From: Octopus bimaculoides
Taxonomy: Eukaryota
DNA: 64,000 nucleotides
Direction: 5' to 3'
Assembly: GCF_001194135.2 (NCBI RefSeq)
Contig: NC_068990.1
Coordinates: 70,303,891 to 70,367,890 of the forward strand
Below, piece after piece: positions 1 to 11,789 of the stretch. A model generated the notes under the pieces. The model did not search any database and was not told where the DNA came from. It saw only the letters and a program-made list of their open reading frames with translations. The stretch's first letter is position 1. The number at the start of each line of letters is the position of its first letter. A program made the translations under genes and the position numbers.

Positions 1-96
1 TGTTTGCAAAGTTATTCTACTGAATTTTTCATTATTTTCAAAATTACTTGAAACAAAAGTAGTCTTTCAACAGAAATATGGTAATGCAAGGGTTAA
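1..96. mobile_element. Right end of a piggyBac-like MITE, truncated by the window edge
   Basis: Ends ...cagaaatatggtaatgcaAGGG-TTAA. The same family occurs at about 11790-12095, 17955-18130, 20671-20893 and 56880-57045. An AGGG terminus followed by TTAA is the piggyBac signature. Confidence 0.4.
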
Positions 97-628
97 TTCT
101 CTTACTTTACACCTACGAATATACATTTCTGTGTGTTTATGTTTTTATTTGATCCCTAATGCTTCAGTAAGTCATGAAGTCTTCAGTTGTAGACTTCCAA
201 CAGAATAAAACCTGTCTAAAGTTATTTTGTATACTTATTGTGGAAATAAAGGAATTTGTTTAAAACTAGTATTATTTTCCTTAAAAGATTTTGCATATCT
301 AATATAATTTTGACTTGTTTAATCATGTAAGAAATATGCTCTTTTAATTATCTGTCTAGTAATTCTTCATTGTGATTTGTATTGATTTGTAAGTATATCT
401 TCTTTGATAAAAAGAAGCAATTAGTGTAAGTTATGCCTTTTACCTGAAATTTAAAAAAAGGTTGTTTTTTTTTCAGTTCAAAACTCTAGACTTACCCATT
501 ACTAGATTTGTCTATGACCAAACAGGAGGAAAATTGTCCTAAATGTCAATATTTTCTTTTATTAATTCCTTGATTTCATCTCTGTTATCAAGATGTGTAA
601 ATAGCAGTAATTTACTACTATATTGCAG

Positions 629-862
629 GTGTTCATTGTATATAAAACATACTAATGGGGGTAAGAAGAAAAGGAGATTGGGGTGTAGTTGTATTTAGGC
701 TACTTTATCTGTCTATTGTATGTAACAGTTTCAAATGCCAAAGGCAGTTGTAAACTTTGAAAGGGCTTAGAAAGTAAAGTGTGATGATTTCAAACACAAA
801 GGTTAATATTTTTTTTAGGCTTTTACAATCAAAAAGAATCCTGCCAGAAGCCTTTTCTCTAG
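629..862 (+). CDS. Possible two-exon 3' coding end (629-660 and 819-862), product unknown
   Basis: Acceptor tattgcag|629, donor GGG|gtaaga at 661, acceptor ttttttttag|819. The joined frame reads CSLYIKHTNGGFYNQKESCQKPFL*. No recognised homology. Confidence 0.18.
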
Positions 863-1528
863 CAGGTGCAGAAGATCAAGAACTTTTCTGTATCCATATA
901 ACATCAGCCAATCAGATGAAGTGTTGTAAAAAGAACTTTTTTATTGACTTCTTAAAAAAAAAAAAATTTTAGGACATTATTGAAGTAGATTGGCATTGTA
1001 TAAGATCTATTTATTAACTAGATGACATCAGTTGATTTACAACTGCTTTTCCTCGATTTTAATAAAAAAAAGATTCAATTTAATAAAATAAAATATGATT
1101 CAGGGATGGGGTAGAATGAAAGGAGGAGGAGGGATGGTCATTTTTTTTGTTTTTTTTTATTTTTTACTTTTGTATATTTAATCATAAAATCTTTGAAAAT
1201 TATCTGAAATAAGTAATGAAATGTAAATGTGTTGTTATAATAAGATAGCAAAGTAGGATTTGTAAGTTGAAGAAAGAATCCTGAAAGATGGTGACAGTTA
1301 TGGTGGTAGATAACTGTCTACTGATTGTCTTTCTGGCTTTATTTCATGTGACTTTAAAGTGGTGGTGGTGGTGGTTGTTGTTGATTCTATTTCATTTCTT
1401 CTCTGCTCACTTTTTGTGTTCTCTTTCTTTCATTTCTTTCTTTCTTTTCTCTTTAATGATGGCAATTAGAATGATTTCGTTTCCAAGTGTACTGGCTGCT
1501 CTATAAACCAGTTGCTTTGTTTCCTTAC

Positions 1529-1593
1529 CATTTGACTCATCTCTTCTATTGCCAACATGCAAAATAGACAGCTGGAGAAAACCCAATAAATAC
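1529..1593 (-). CDS. Candidate 65-nt internal exon of an unidentified minus-strand gene
   Basis: Near-consensus acceptor ttttattttaatcgtttccag| and donor AAATG|gtaagg. Two frames are open: IYWVFSSCLFCMLAIEEMSQM and YLLGFLQLSILHVGNRRDESN. Confidence 0.4.
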
Positions 1594-3122
1594 CTGGAAA
1601 CGATTAAAATAAAATTATAAAAAAAAATATAAATAAAAAAATTAACAAAGTTAAAAGACACAAAAAATCTTGATTCTCTAAGATTTTCTTTGTAGACATG
1701 TCCTACCCTGCCCCTCTCTCCTACACTCACACACACACACACACACACACTCACTCTCTTTATATCACACATCTGTACACACTCATACATGCCACATACT
1801 TACACAACCTTTTCAGTTAGGCTTTTATAATGTTAGGTGACACTATACACTCACTAATATCTCATTTATACATTCTATAAAGCTTTATACTGACTTCACT
1901 GCTTTTTTAAAATTTTATTTTATAAATTTTCTTTTTAATTGTTTTTTCAAGAAATTATATTGGATTGCAGCCTACACTGCCAAAAACACTTAACTAATTG
2001 CTGCACTGCCACATGTTGTGTCTACAGATGGCGGCTGCACCTCTTTTACATTAATCACAGCACCACTATCTCTGTGAATAGGACAATGATACAAGTCTTT
2101 TTTTTATTACTCTTGCTGCTCAACACCTATTCTTTGTATTGAGTGTTGTCTATCTGACTGACTGCCTGTCTGTCTGGCTGCACCTTGAAAAAAAAAAGTG
2201 CAAGAGCAAAGAGAGGTGAATTGTCAACTTTACTGTAATATCATTTCTTTGTGATTTGTAACTTTTAGTTCTTACATTGAAATTTCTTTCCTCTCTGAAT
2301 AGATCTTTTGTATGACATTCTATTGAGTTGCCTCGATTAGTTTTAGTGGAGTATATTTGTATACTTGTAATTGAATTCAACTGAGATGGTTGGATTGGGG
2401 AGCAAAATTTAAGAAATGTTATTAAAACTACTATACCTGTGCTGTGTTAAGAATCCTGGAATCGATATTCGTTAAAACTAAGTTTTGTGTTTTAAGATTT
2501 TGCGTTTCAAATCTCTGTATAGATCAACTTGGGACTTGCTTCTGTCCAGGAAAAAAAAAACAGTTGATGGATGAACATGGTCATTGTTTGATGGATGGTT
2601 TCTGGTTTGGACTACAAATTCCAATAGAACTGTATGAAAATAGATCTGCAACACTGAAGCAATCTATCCCAAGTGATACATGTCTCTTGTATTTATAATG
2701 ATAAAGAAACTGAGATGAACACCAGTTCTATAAGTTCACTTGGCTTTAGGATTAAAACCATTTTTTGCTCTGTTAGAAATATATTTTCCCCTTGTGTCAT
2801 AATGACTATCACTAGTACAGTCTTAGCCTTTTTACTCCACCCCTGTCTGTGTATGTGTGTATAAATATATATATATATTTCCACTTGTACATCTAATTAC
2901 CTTTTGGACATACACTTTTTTTTATACACTTCTGTATTGACTTTCTCATTGATAATGTCTTTCTCTACATATGCACAAATGTAATTCTTTCCCAAATAAA
3001 TTGCACTTCATATTCAAGGCTTCAATGAATCTGTAAGGTGTTATCCAGGCACAGAACTATGAGTCCATTGTATCTTAAAGCAGAAACAGCTGTAAGCTAA
3101 TGAAGTTCATAAGATAATTGTA

Positions 3123-3166
<44 letters not shown>

Positions 3167-3964
3167 AAATATCAGAGATGCTTTACAGGAGCTATTCAGT
3201 AGTCTTACAAGCTTTTCTTCTGATGGTGATTAACTCATTAGTTTTGAGATTTTGATGATGAGATTGTTTATGTTTTGGAATGATATTGTAGAGGAGGTGT
3301 GAGAGGCCAGATCTAGCTGGTTTGAACATAAAATAGATAAAATAAAGCTATCACAGTGTCAGAAACCCTTCTGTATCTTCAGCAGATATCTCAGGGCCAT
3401 AAATGTTTCACACCTTAACTTGTCTACTCCATTTAATGAGGCAGTGAGGACTGAATTAGCCTTCACCTATGAAAAGATTTCCGTCTGCAGTCTTGTGCCC
3501 TTTTCCTCTCTGTCTATTTGTTTGATATTAACAATAATCAAACTTCTAAGCTGTCTACCCTAACTTCACTTAAGAATAGTGAACTACATAGCTAACATTC
3601 TCTGATTTGTTCTAAAAAGTTTTAAGTCTAAATTCTGCTGGGAGGCATAACAATTTTCATCCCTTTAAATGGGACAAGAAGATTAATTATATTCTTACCC
3701 TGAGATCATAACCTAGAAATTTTTTCTTGTTGTTGTTCAGTACTGTTCCAGGTGACCTTAGATCAAAAGCTTTCCACTCGTGATCAGCTTGTCCATCTTT
3801 CACTTTTTGTGTGTAAAGGACTACATTATCTTTGTGCTATACTATTTTTTAAATGGTCATTGAGGAAGATGTGGCTGCTATTTCTAATAGGTCACAGAAT
3901 AAAGCAATGAAGAGAAAGGTGCAAGAAGAAAAGAGGCAAGATAACTATATGAAATATGTGTGTG

Positions 3965-4170
3965 CCAAATTCTGCTTAGGTGAACTTTGCCTTTTATCCT
4001 TTTGGGGTTAATAAAATGAGTACAGTGGAGCACTGAGTTTGATGTAATCAACCTACCTGTCACCTGAAATTGCTGGCCTTGTGCCAAAATTTGAAGCCAA
4101 TATTAAAGAAAAGGCAACTAGCTGGCAGAATTGTTGGCATGCCTGACAGAATGCTTCTAGCAATCTATCC
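3965..4170 (+). mobile_element. SINE family A fragments (3' part, then the head of a second copy)
   Basis: Core gaactttgccttttatccttttggggttaataaaatgagtac and tail ggccttgtgccaaaatttgaa, followed by head gctggcagaattgttggc. Confidence 0.75.
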
Positions 4171-5710
4171 TAAAAGACCTAATGTTTGGAAAATAGAAGT
4201 ACGTATTTTTTATTCAATGTCTGATTTAACCATTTGTAGTTAGAAAATAAAAATCTAACTGCAATAAAATAAAGAAGTTTATTGTCTTTAACATTGACAT
4301 AGATTTTTCTTTCCAACATATCATAAATGTCTAGTTTACGGTCATTTTCACATATTATAAACATGTAGTTTATGGTCTTATTTACATATCAACAACATGG
4401 ATTCTTTTTGGTGTGCAACCCTAGAACAAGCACATTTCAAAAGAAAAAGTAAAAAGAAGTTAAAAGAGATGGTGGTATTGAACAAGGATGGAAAGAACTT
4501 AACAAACTGAGTCACCAATTGTTCATTTCTAAATTTTTACATCATTATCATTATCATCATCATTTAATAACCACTTTTCTATGCTTGCATGGGTCAAATG
4601 GAATTGGTTGAGGTAGATTTTTTTATGGATGGATGCCCTTCCTACCACCAACCCTCACCTGTTTGAAAGCAAGATAATATTTTCCCTTGGCTAGACATGT
4701 TTATCATGGAAGAATGGAAACAAACAATCTTGCTTGCATGATTGAGATGATGTACCTTGGGGAAGTGTTGTCTATGGTAGACTTAGGCAAACCAAGCCTT
4801 GTAAGTGAATATGGTTCATAGAAAGTACAAAGCCCATCGTATATATATGGTTGTATTTATGTGCATATATAATGTATATATATATGTAATGAATGTACGT
4901 GTGTATGTTTTTCTAACTCTTGCCAGAATAGGGAAAACAGGTATAAAAGGAACAATATACACATACATAAATGTGTGTGTAAACCAGTATTGTATCCCAT
5001 TGTATCAAACATTACTTTGCCATTTGATAAATATTGTTAAACTTAATATTAAACTGAAATAAACACAGAAGTTGATATGATCAACTTCAGAAATTTTAAA
5101 CCAGTGTTCTAGCATGGCTGCATTTCAGTGACTGAAGCCACTATTTTTACTGATGTAATTCTCTTTTATAATAAACCTCTGTGTTATCACTTTAAAATGT
5201 TAAATCTGATAATTCTGAAAAATAAAACATTTCACTCTAAATCTTACATTTAATTTTTTTTTTTTTTGATAGAGAGAAAGTGTGTGTGTGTGAGTGTGTG
5301 TGTTCTGCATTATTTATGTTTGGATATGTTAGACTAAAGGCCGATTTGTTTTTGCTTTTTTGTTTGTTTGTTTGTTTGTTGAAGGTGATACTCTCTAAAA
5401 GCAGTTTTGGAAATGTGACAAGGCTATGTTCACCAAAGTTCCTATAGTAGTTACATTCTATTTATCAAAGAAATATCACTGCTTATTTTTTTTATTGTTC
5501 GAGAGGGGCTTTTTTCTTTTTGCTTAATTTGAATGGAGGATAATATATCTAGAACTAATTGAATTTCATATTTGTATATTTTTTTTCTTAGTTTTGGCTT
5601 TCTAAAAATTTGCTGCTGGTCTGACTTTAAGACCACATCCAATTTTGCTAAGTTTAGAATCCAGAAACTAATATCTTTTAAAGTTGTTACTTAATAGTCT
5701 CAAACCTTAC

Positions 5711-5785
5711 TCTTTTCCGGCCAGTTCCTCATTAACCTCTGAAGTTTCTTGTAAGCTTATCACTTATTTTTATCTTACATTGATA
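5711..5785 (-). CDS. Candidate first coding exon (ATG at 5732, MRNWPEK + 1 nt)
   Basis: Acceptor atgtttctcag| and donor AAGA|gtaagg. There is an in-frame TAA upstream of the ATG. The phase-1 end joins the 1593-1529 exon in an open frame. Confidence 0.28.
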
Positions 5786-5869
5786 CTGAGAAACATTTAT
5801 CTTTTCCAGTTATTTCAGGTTTTCATAATCAATTGGTTAAACTTTTAAATACTATTTCTAGTTATTTAC

Positions 5870-6170
5870 TGGCATAGGTGTCTGGTTAAAATGTGTGCTT
5901 CCTAACTACATGCTTTTGAATTCAATTCCACTGCATTGTACCTTTGAGTAAATGTCTTCCACCATAGCCCTGGGGCTAACCAAAGCACTGAGTAGATTTG
6001 GTTGTAGAAGAAAACTGTAAGAGGCCCGTCATGTGTGGCTTTGTGTCTCCTTGTTTCAACTTCATGTGCTAATTGTAAGTGAGTAGCATCAGTGTCATAC
6101 GAGCAGCATTCCTTCATTTTTGATCTTCTGTGGAAAGATGTTCAGCCATGGACATGTTCTTAGCTGATTT
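5870..6170 (+). mobile_element. tRNA-derived SINE family B copy
   Basis: Head gtgtctggttaaaatgtgtgcttcc...tgaattcaattccactgc, then ccttgagtaaatgtcttc...accaaagcactgagtagatttgg. Homologous copies lie at about 12335, 19190 (-), 29015, 31500 (-), 31970 (-), 32750 (-), 53695, 57345 and 60185. Confidence 0.75.
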
Positions 6171-6739
6171 TTCTTTCCTTTTAATGTTCATCAAACTTAT
6201 AATAATAATTCATGGAGTGCACACAAGAAAGCAAGAATTTAAAAAATGTATCTATCCATTCTTAATATTTATTGGCAGATTCAAATGTGAATATTTAATT
6301 GCTGTTGTTTTTTTTATCATCAGAGAACACTGCTTCCCTTCAGATGATAATGTGTTCATAACACATACAATTTATTGGTGTAAGGGGACTTTAGGACACT
6401 GAAGTGTTTTGACATTATTGTATGCCTTCTCGGTTAAACCTTGGATTCTCACTGTTCTGCATGAATTATTATCTGTTTGGTAGACATCAACATGCATCAG
6501 TAAATAATTTGTTTGCTGATTTCTATAAACAAGAGACCTGTGCTCTTGTTAGATTCATTGGTGTGGCAGAATAGTTTTGGCTAAGGAGACACACGTCAAG
6601 GTCAGGCATGCAGCTTCAATACTTCATTCAAAGTACATCATCATTATCATTATTTCAACATCCACTTTTCCATGCTTGCATAGGTCAGACCAAAGCTTTG
6701 TGAGTGGATTTGGTAGACAGAAACTGAAAGAAGCCCGTC

Positions 6740-6775
<36 letters not shown>

Positions 6776-6945
6776 CTTTGTGTCAGTGTTTATACCCCAT
6801 TGCCACTTAACAGCTGGTGCTGGTGTGTTGATATCCCTGTTACTTAGCGGTTCAGCAAACTTGAGATCGATTTGTTCAACTAAAACCCTTCAAGGTGATG
6901 CTCCAGCATGGCAACAGTCAGATGACTGAATCTAGTAAAATAGTA

Positions 6946-6976
<31 letters not shown>

Positions 6977-7609
6977 NNNNNNNNNNATATTATTCCTTTC
7001 ACTTTATTAATGGGGAAAAAATGTGGATTTCTGGGAGAAAAATCTCTGTCTGTAATATGAAAAGGAAATGAACAAACAATTGACATAAAGCTGTGTGTGT
7101 TATTTAGATATAATGCACTCATTAGCATCATTATTTTATGTTTGTTTCCCATGCTGGGTTTAATGGATGATTTGCTCGCTACAATAGATTATATCTTAAT
7201 ATGTATACAGCATGAAAGGTGACTTAAGCTGATAAAACTATATGAAGCTGACTTAGAACATGAGATAAATTGAAGCCTTTGGTTATGCCCCTATGACCCA
7301 ATGGCTTGTAAGGAATTTCTTCATGTTTGAAGCCAAGTCTTCCTGAAATCATGGCCAGATTGCCTTTTACCATAGATCGGTTCTGTCAGGACTGAACGGG
7401 GGATAAACAACTATATAAGCAAAATAATTGGGTGCTTGCTAGAAATGAAAGAATAACAGCAAAAACAAAGTTATTGTTGCATTGTGTTCTTGAGCAAAGC
7501 ACTTCATTTCATCTTGCTCTGTGATTGTCATCTGACATATGGCACATGGTGCACCTGTACAGGTAATGTCAATTTGATGGAGAGAGTGGACACAAACATT
7601 TGATCACTA

Positions 7610-8064
7610 TGTAAAAGTTTGATAGTTGTCATAGACAATTTAGTCTCTCTCTATCACCTTTCAACAGCATTATAAATGAAGAGATATTGGAACAATTTTA
7701 CAACATAATAAAAATAAGATTTATTTTTTTCTTGATGCTTGGTTTCACAATTCCTGCCATTCAGCTTAGCAGCCGCTGATTAAGTTGTAATTTGGTATTG
7801 GAAGGTTAAGGGCTTCCTTGACGCCTGCCAGAGAAACAAGTAGCTATCACCATCGAAGGCATCGAGGTGAAGTGGTGATTCGTTGAGGAGTGAGGAGTTG
7901 TCACGTAGAAGGTCTGTGGCTCAACTGCCTAACAAAGTGAAACTCTCTCTTTAAGTACCAGTTTTACTACGCATGTGCACTCGAGGGGCTTCCGGTGGTG
8001 AAGTCCGCTGCGCATGCGCAGAATAGTACTTCCTCAATGGCGGCTATAATTTCGTGCCACTACA
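7610..8064 (-). mobile_element. Solo LTR-like element, 455 bp, TGTA...TACA termini, 4-bp TSD ACTA
   Basis: ACTA at 7606-7609 and 8065-8068 flanks TGTAAAAG...CCACTACA, with only 4-bp terminal inverted repeats. On the minus strand the promoter motifs come first, then TATA-like TACTTAAA (7957-7950), then AATAAA (7725-7720). This is U3-R-U5 order. Confidence 0.7.
7950..8050. promoter_or_regulatory. CpG-rich promoter motif cluster (NRF1, ETS, YY1-like) inside the solo LTR
   Basis: Perfect palindrome TGCGCATGCGCA at 8009-8020, NRF1-like tacgcatgtgca at 7968-7979, CTTCCGG at 7989-7995, ATGGCGGC at 8037-8044. About 14 CpGs in 7790-8064 against a CpG-poor background. Confidence 0.55.
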
Positions 8065-8154
8065 ACTATAAACAAATTATTTGTGTTGTTGTTCGGCAAG
8101 AAATTGCTGAACCCTCATATGTTGTCTAACGATGGGAGAGTCCATGATGATATA

Positions 8155-8528
8155 TATGGCTCCCATGCTGGTGACACGTGAAAAGCACCATTTGAGCATG
8201 ATCGTTGCCAGTGTTGCCTTAATGGCACATGTGCCGGTGGCACGTGAAAAACATTCGACTGGCACCCATGCAGGTAGCATGTAAAAAACACTTTTTGAGC
8301 ATGGTCGTTAGCAGAACCGCCTGACAGGCCCCCGTGCCGGTGGCATGTAAAAGCACCCACTACACTCTCAGAATGGTTGGCATTAGGAAGGGCATCCACC
8401 TGTAGAAACTTTGCCAGGTCAGACTGAGCCTGGTGCAGCCTCTGGCTCATCAGTCCGCAGTCAAACCGTCCAACCCAAGCCAGCATGGAAAGCAGACGTT
8501 AAACGATGATGATGATGATGATGATGAT
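8155..8528 (+). mobile_element. SINE with internal gtgccggtggcacgtaaaaagcacc repeats and an RTE-type 3' tail
   Basis: Three related internal units; tail ccaacccaagccagcatggaaagcagacgttaaacga(tga)n. A second copy is at about 22690-22990, with tail fragments at 51355-51440 (-) and 52940-53120. Confidence 0.75.
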
Positions 8529-9384
8529 ATATATATATATATATTTATATCCCACTCCCCCAAAGACATGCTTGAGGAAGTTTTTGGAGCAAGAAGACTA
8601 AAAGAGAAAATACTGTCTGTACTAATTATGGAGGGTAGCACTACCAATAAGGTTGAATTAAATGAAAACCCAGTGCCAATGTCAACCACTTATTCTGCTC
8701 AAATTCTCATAGACATCACATATATGAATCCCCTTCCATCACCACCACCCACTCACCTCAGCTAGTAATAAACAACCACAATAAGTCTTATCTTCCACAT
8801 GTCAGCTGGCCAATCAAAACTTCAACAGGAACAACGATGAGTTGATGATGATGTTGTAATGTAATAGTATTTGAGTCATTAGTTACTTAAGACCACTTAT
8901 ACAAACTGGACTGACTCACTCACTGATCATCATCACCTCTCCACACTCCATGGCTTACAAAACAACGCAATTTGCTGGCTTATTTTCTTTCTCTTCTTTT
9001 GTTGTTTCAGGTTAATTTCTGTTTGAGATAGCCTAGTGGTGGTATGATTGTTTTGGAAGTGAACTGAGCTTCTTATTGTTATTTGGAAATGTGGTGGATC
9101 TTCTTTCAGCTGTTTTAGAAGTGATCATTAAAGAGACACTGCTTGGCAGTATTTAGGAACTTTTTCTCTAAAACCAAACAAACAAACAACAAATATTTCT
9201 TTGGTGTCTAAGTAGTTTTAGAACCTAATCACTCTAAATTTAGAGGACCTCATTATCAGGAAAATTATTATTCCTACTCTGAAGCAAAACATTTACACAT
9301 GCACACTCTGTATGCTTGTCTGACTAACTGTGTATGTGTGTATATGTATATTTGTTATGTACAACCACTTTTCAGTTTCTTTGC

Positions 9385-9895
9385 TCAGTGTATCGTGGGT
9401 ACCAACACCTTTTTCATTAACCATAGTTTATGATTCTTCTCTTCAGATCTTCATATCTCATCAGTTTTTCTCCTTTTCCATCACTTCTGATGCCTTATAA
9501 TCAGGCATAGTTTTTCCCTCTTGTTTACCAGCACAATATTGGGATTCTGATGTTCGATTCCATGATGACATTAGATGACAAAATCCCAAAGTAAATTTGC
9601 TCTGTCATTTTCTTACTACTCATGTTTGTACCATTTTCTCACTTTTTCCAATCTAAACTTAGTTCTCTGTGAACCATTCTGACGACATTATCATATCTTC
9701 TCTTGCATTCTTTTTGAGCCAATTTGCTGCATTCACTTTAAATACTGTCTCTCCAGTTTTACCACACATTCTACATTTGTCAGATTCTGAGGAATGGTCT
9801 TGATGTAGTTGTTCTCAGCACTTTTTTCTTGCTGTACTTATCAAGGTCACATTTTTGTAACCACATCCATCATCATCATCATCGTCATCATTAAG
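9385..9895 (-). mobile_element. Decayed R4/Dong-like non-LTR retrotransposon (CCHC finger and restriction-like endonuclease region)
   Basis: Frameshifted translation KCRMCGKTGETV / SECSKLAQKECKRRYDNVVRMVH / ENDRANLLWDFVI*CHHGIEHQNPNIVLVNKREKLCLII matches the RLE-LINE C-terminal consensus. Confidence 0.8.
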
Positions 9896-10602
9896 GCCAG
9901 CAGGCATAATTGTTAGCATACCACACAAAATTCTTAGTGACATTTTGTCTGTTTTTATGTTCTGATTTCAAATTCCACCATGGTTCACTTTGCCTTTCAC
10001 TCCTTTTGGGTTGATGAAATATGTACCATTTGAGTTTTGGGGTCAATGCAATCCCCTGATCACTCTCCTAAAATTTCAGGCTTTGTGCCTGTAGTAGAAA
10101 GGATTATTATTATTATTATTATTATTATTATAAGGTGGTGAGCTGTCAGAATCATTAGCACACCAGGCAAAATGCTTAGCAGTATTTCGTCTGCCACTAT
10201 ATTTCTGAGTTCAAATTCTGCCAAGATCAACTTTGCCTTTCATCCTTTCGCGGTCGATTGAATAAGTACCAGTTATGCACTGGGGTCAATGTAATCAACT
10301 TAATCCCTTCCCCCAAATTTGAGGCCTTGTGCTTCCAGCTGAAAGAATTATTATTGTTATTATAATTATTATCATTAAGGTGAAGAGCTGGCAGAATCGT
10401 TAGCATTGTTGGGTGAAATGTTTAGTGGCATTTTATTTGTCTTTACATTCTGAGTTCAAATTCCACCAAGGTCAATTTTGCCTTTCATTCTTTTGGGGGT
10501 TGATGAAATAAGTACCAGTCAAGTGATGATGTAATCAACTAGTTCCCCTCCCCCAAATTTCAAGACTTGTACCTATAGTAGAAAGGATTATTATTATTAT
10601 TC
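9893..10602 (+). mobile_element. Head-to-tail array of three SINE family A copies separated by (ATT)n; a fourth copy at 10953-11165
   Basis: Each unit has A-box tggcagaat, B-box gagttcaaattcc, core ctttgcctttcatcctttcgcggtcgat...agtaccag and tail ggccttgtgcc...(att)n. Confidence 0.85.
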
Positions 10603-10619
10603 AACATTTGATAGTTTTA

Positions 10620-10935
10620 GGTAAATTTCTACTGCATCACCTGCTACATCTCTGTGTTGCTGGGAATTGTGCAGCATTGTGTATTCTTTTTTGTCGTTGA
10701 GGGAGTGCAAAGTCTTCCTGGTATTGTATTGCATCACTTTATTTTGTTATGGGGGTCTGGTTTCAATCTTTTGTTGTAGTAATGTTTGTGTTGTGTGTGT
10801 AATGTGAGTTGTGTTCTTCTATTGGAAATCTGACTTGTAGAATACATGTTGTGGTTGTTTATTTTATTGGATATTTACTGTATGGAGTGTGTCTTATGTT
10901 TGTGGATTGCTTAGTTTGGGTTGTATTATCAAATT
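10620..10935 (-). mobile_element. Possible Penelope-like 3' remnant
   Basis: Strong A/C skew on the minus strand, of similar character to 58790-59115. Only weak recalled similarity. Confidence 0.25.
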
Positions 10936-11209
10936 ATTATTATTACTATTGTAAGGCAGCAAGATGGCAGAATTGTTAGCACACTGGGTGAAATGTGTAG
11001 CAGCATTTTGTCTATCTCTGTGTTCTGAATTCAAATTTCACCAAAGTTAACTTTGCCTTTTATCTTTTCAGGGTCAATAAAATAAGTACTAGTTTATCAC
11101 TGGGGTCGATGTAATCAACTTATCTCCTTTCCCAAATTTGCTGGCCTGGTGCCAAAATTTGAAATCATCATCATCATCATTATTATTATTATTTGTAGTA
11201 GTAGTATTG

Positions 11210-11470
11210 GTCTTGTAGTTAGGGTGTTGCATTCACGATCATGAGATTGTGGTTTTAATTCCTATACCAGGTGATGTGTTGTGTTCTTGAATAAAACACT
11301 TCATCTGACATTTCTCTGCATGGTACACTGTACACTTATTCAAGCAGCGTTGATTTGATAGAGGGAGTGAGCTAATGTACGGCACATCCATTTGATCATT
11401 ATAAACAAATCATTTGTGCAAGTTGTTCGACAAAAGCTGAACACTCATGTCACCATCAACAGCAGAGTCC
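11210..11470 (+). mobile_element. tRNA-headed SINE family C copy (uninterrupted)
   Basis: Head gtagttagggtgttgcattcacgatcatgagattgtggttttaattcc resembles a tRNA with a CAC anticodon. The body is homologous to 7470-7609 plus 8065-8150. Confidence 0.7.
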
Positions 11471-11789
11471 ATCATTATTATTTTGATTTAAAGCTTATAT
11501 TCAGACATGATGATTATGTGTTCATGGTACATTTAAAAAAAGATTAAAGTAATCTGTCTTAATTTGTTGTCATTTTTCCATATTTATCATGTCACCACAT
11601 TCCACTTGAACTATGTCATCCTGAACTCGGCATTTCAGTTTAAAAAAATTTTTTTAAAACTTTTTTACATCAACCCAGAGTTCAATTGAGCTTAATTTTC
11701 TAGTAATTAATGAAATGCTTAGATATTTCAGATGAGTTGTTCTCAATAAGATTTTAATTTTTTAATTATTGACATCATCTTTAAGGATG

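Larger units (their letters stand above)
7470..8150 (+). mobile_element. SINE family C split into 7470-7609 and 8065-8150 by an insertion
   Basis: Removing 7610-8064 and one ACTA restores atttgatcactataaacaaat, matching the uninterrupted family copy at about 11210-11470 (atttgatcattataaacaaatcatttgtg). Confidence 0.75.

Noticed and set aside
3699-3712. 14-nt minus-strand microexon with a gtaaga donor
   Set aside because: Weak acceptor, and its inclusion would shift the candidate ORF into a stop.
10133-10230. tRNA-like A/B boxes in SINE heads
   Set aside because: They are degenerate, cannot form a full cloverleaf, and are fused to SINE bodies; these are not tRNA genes.
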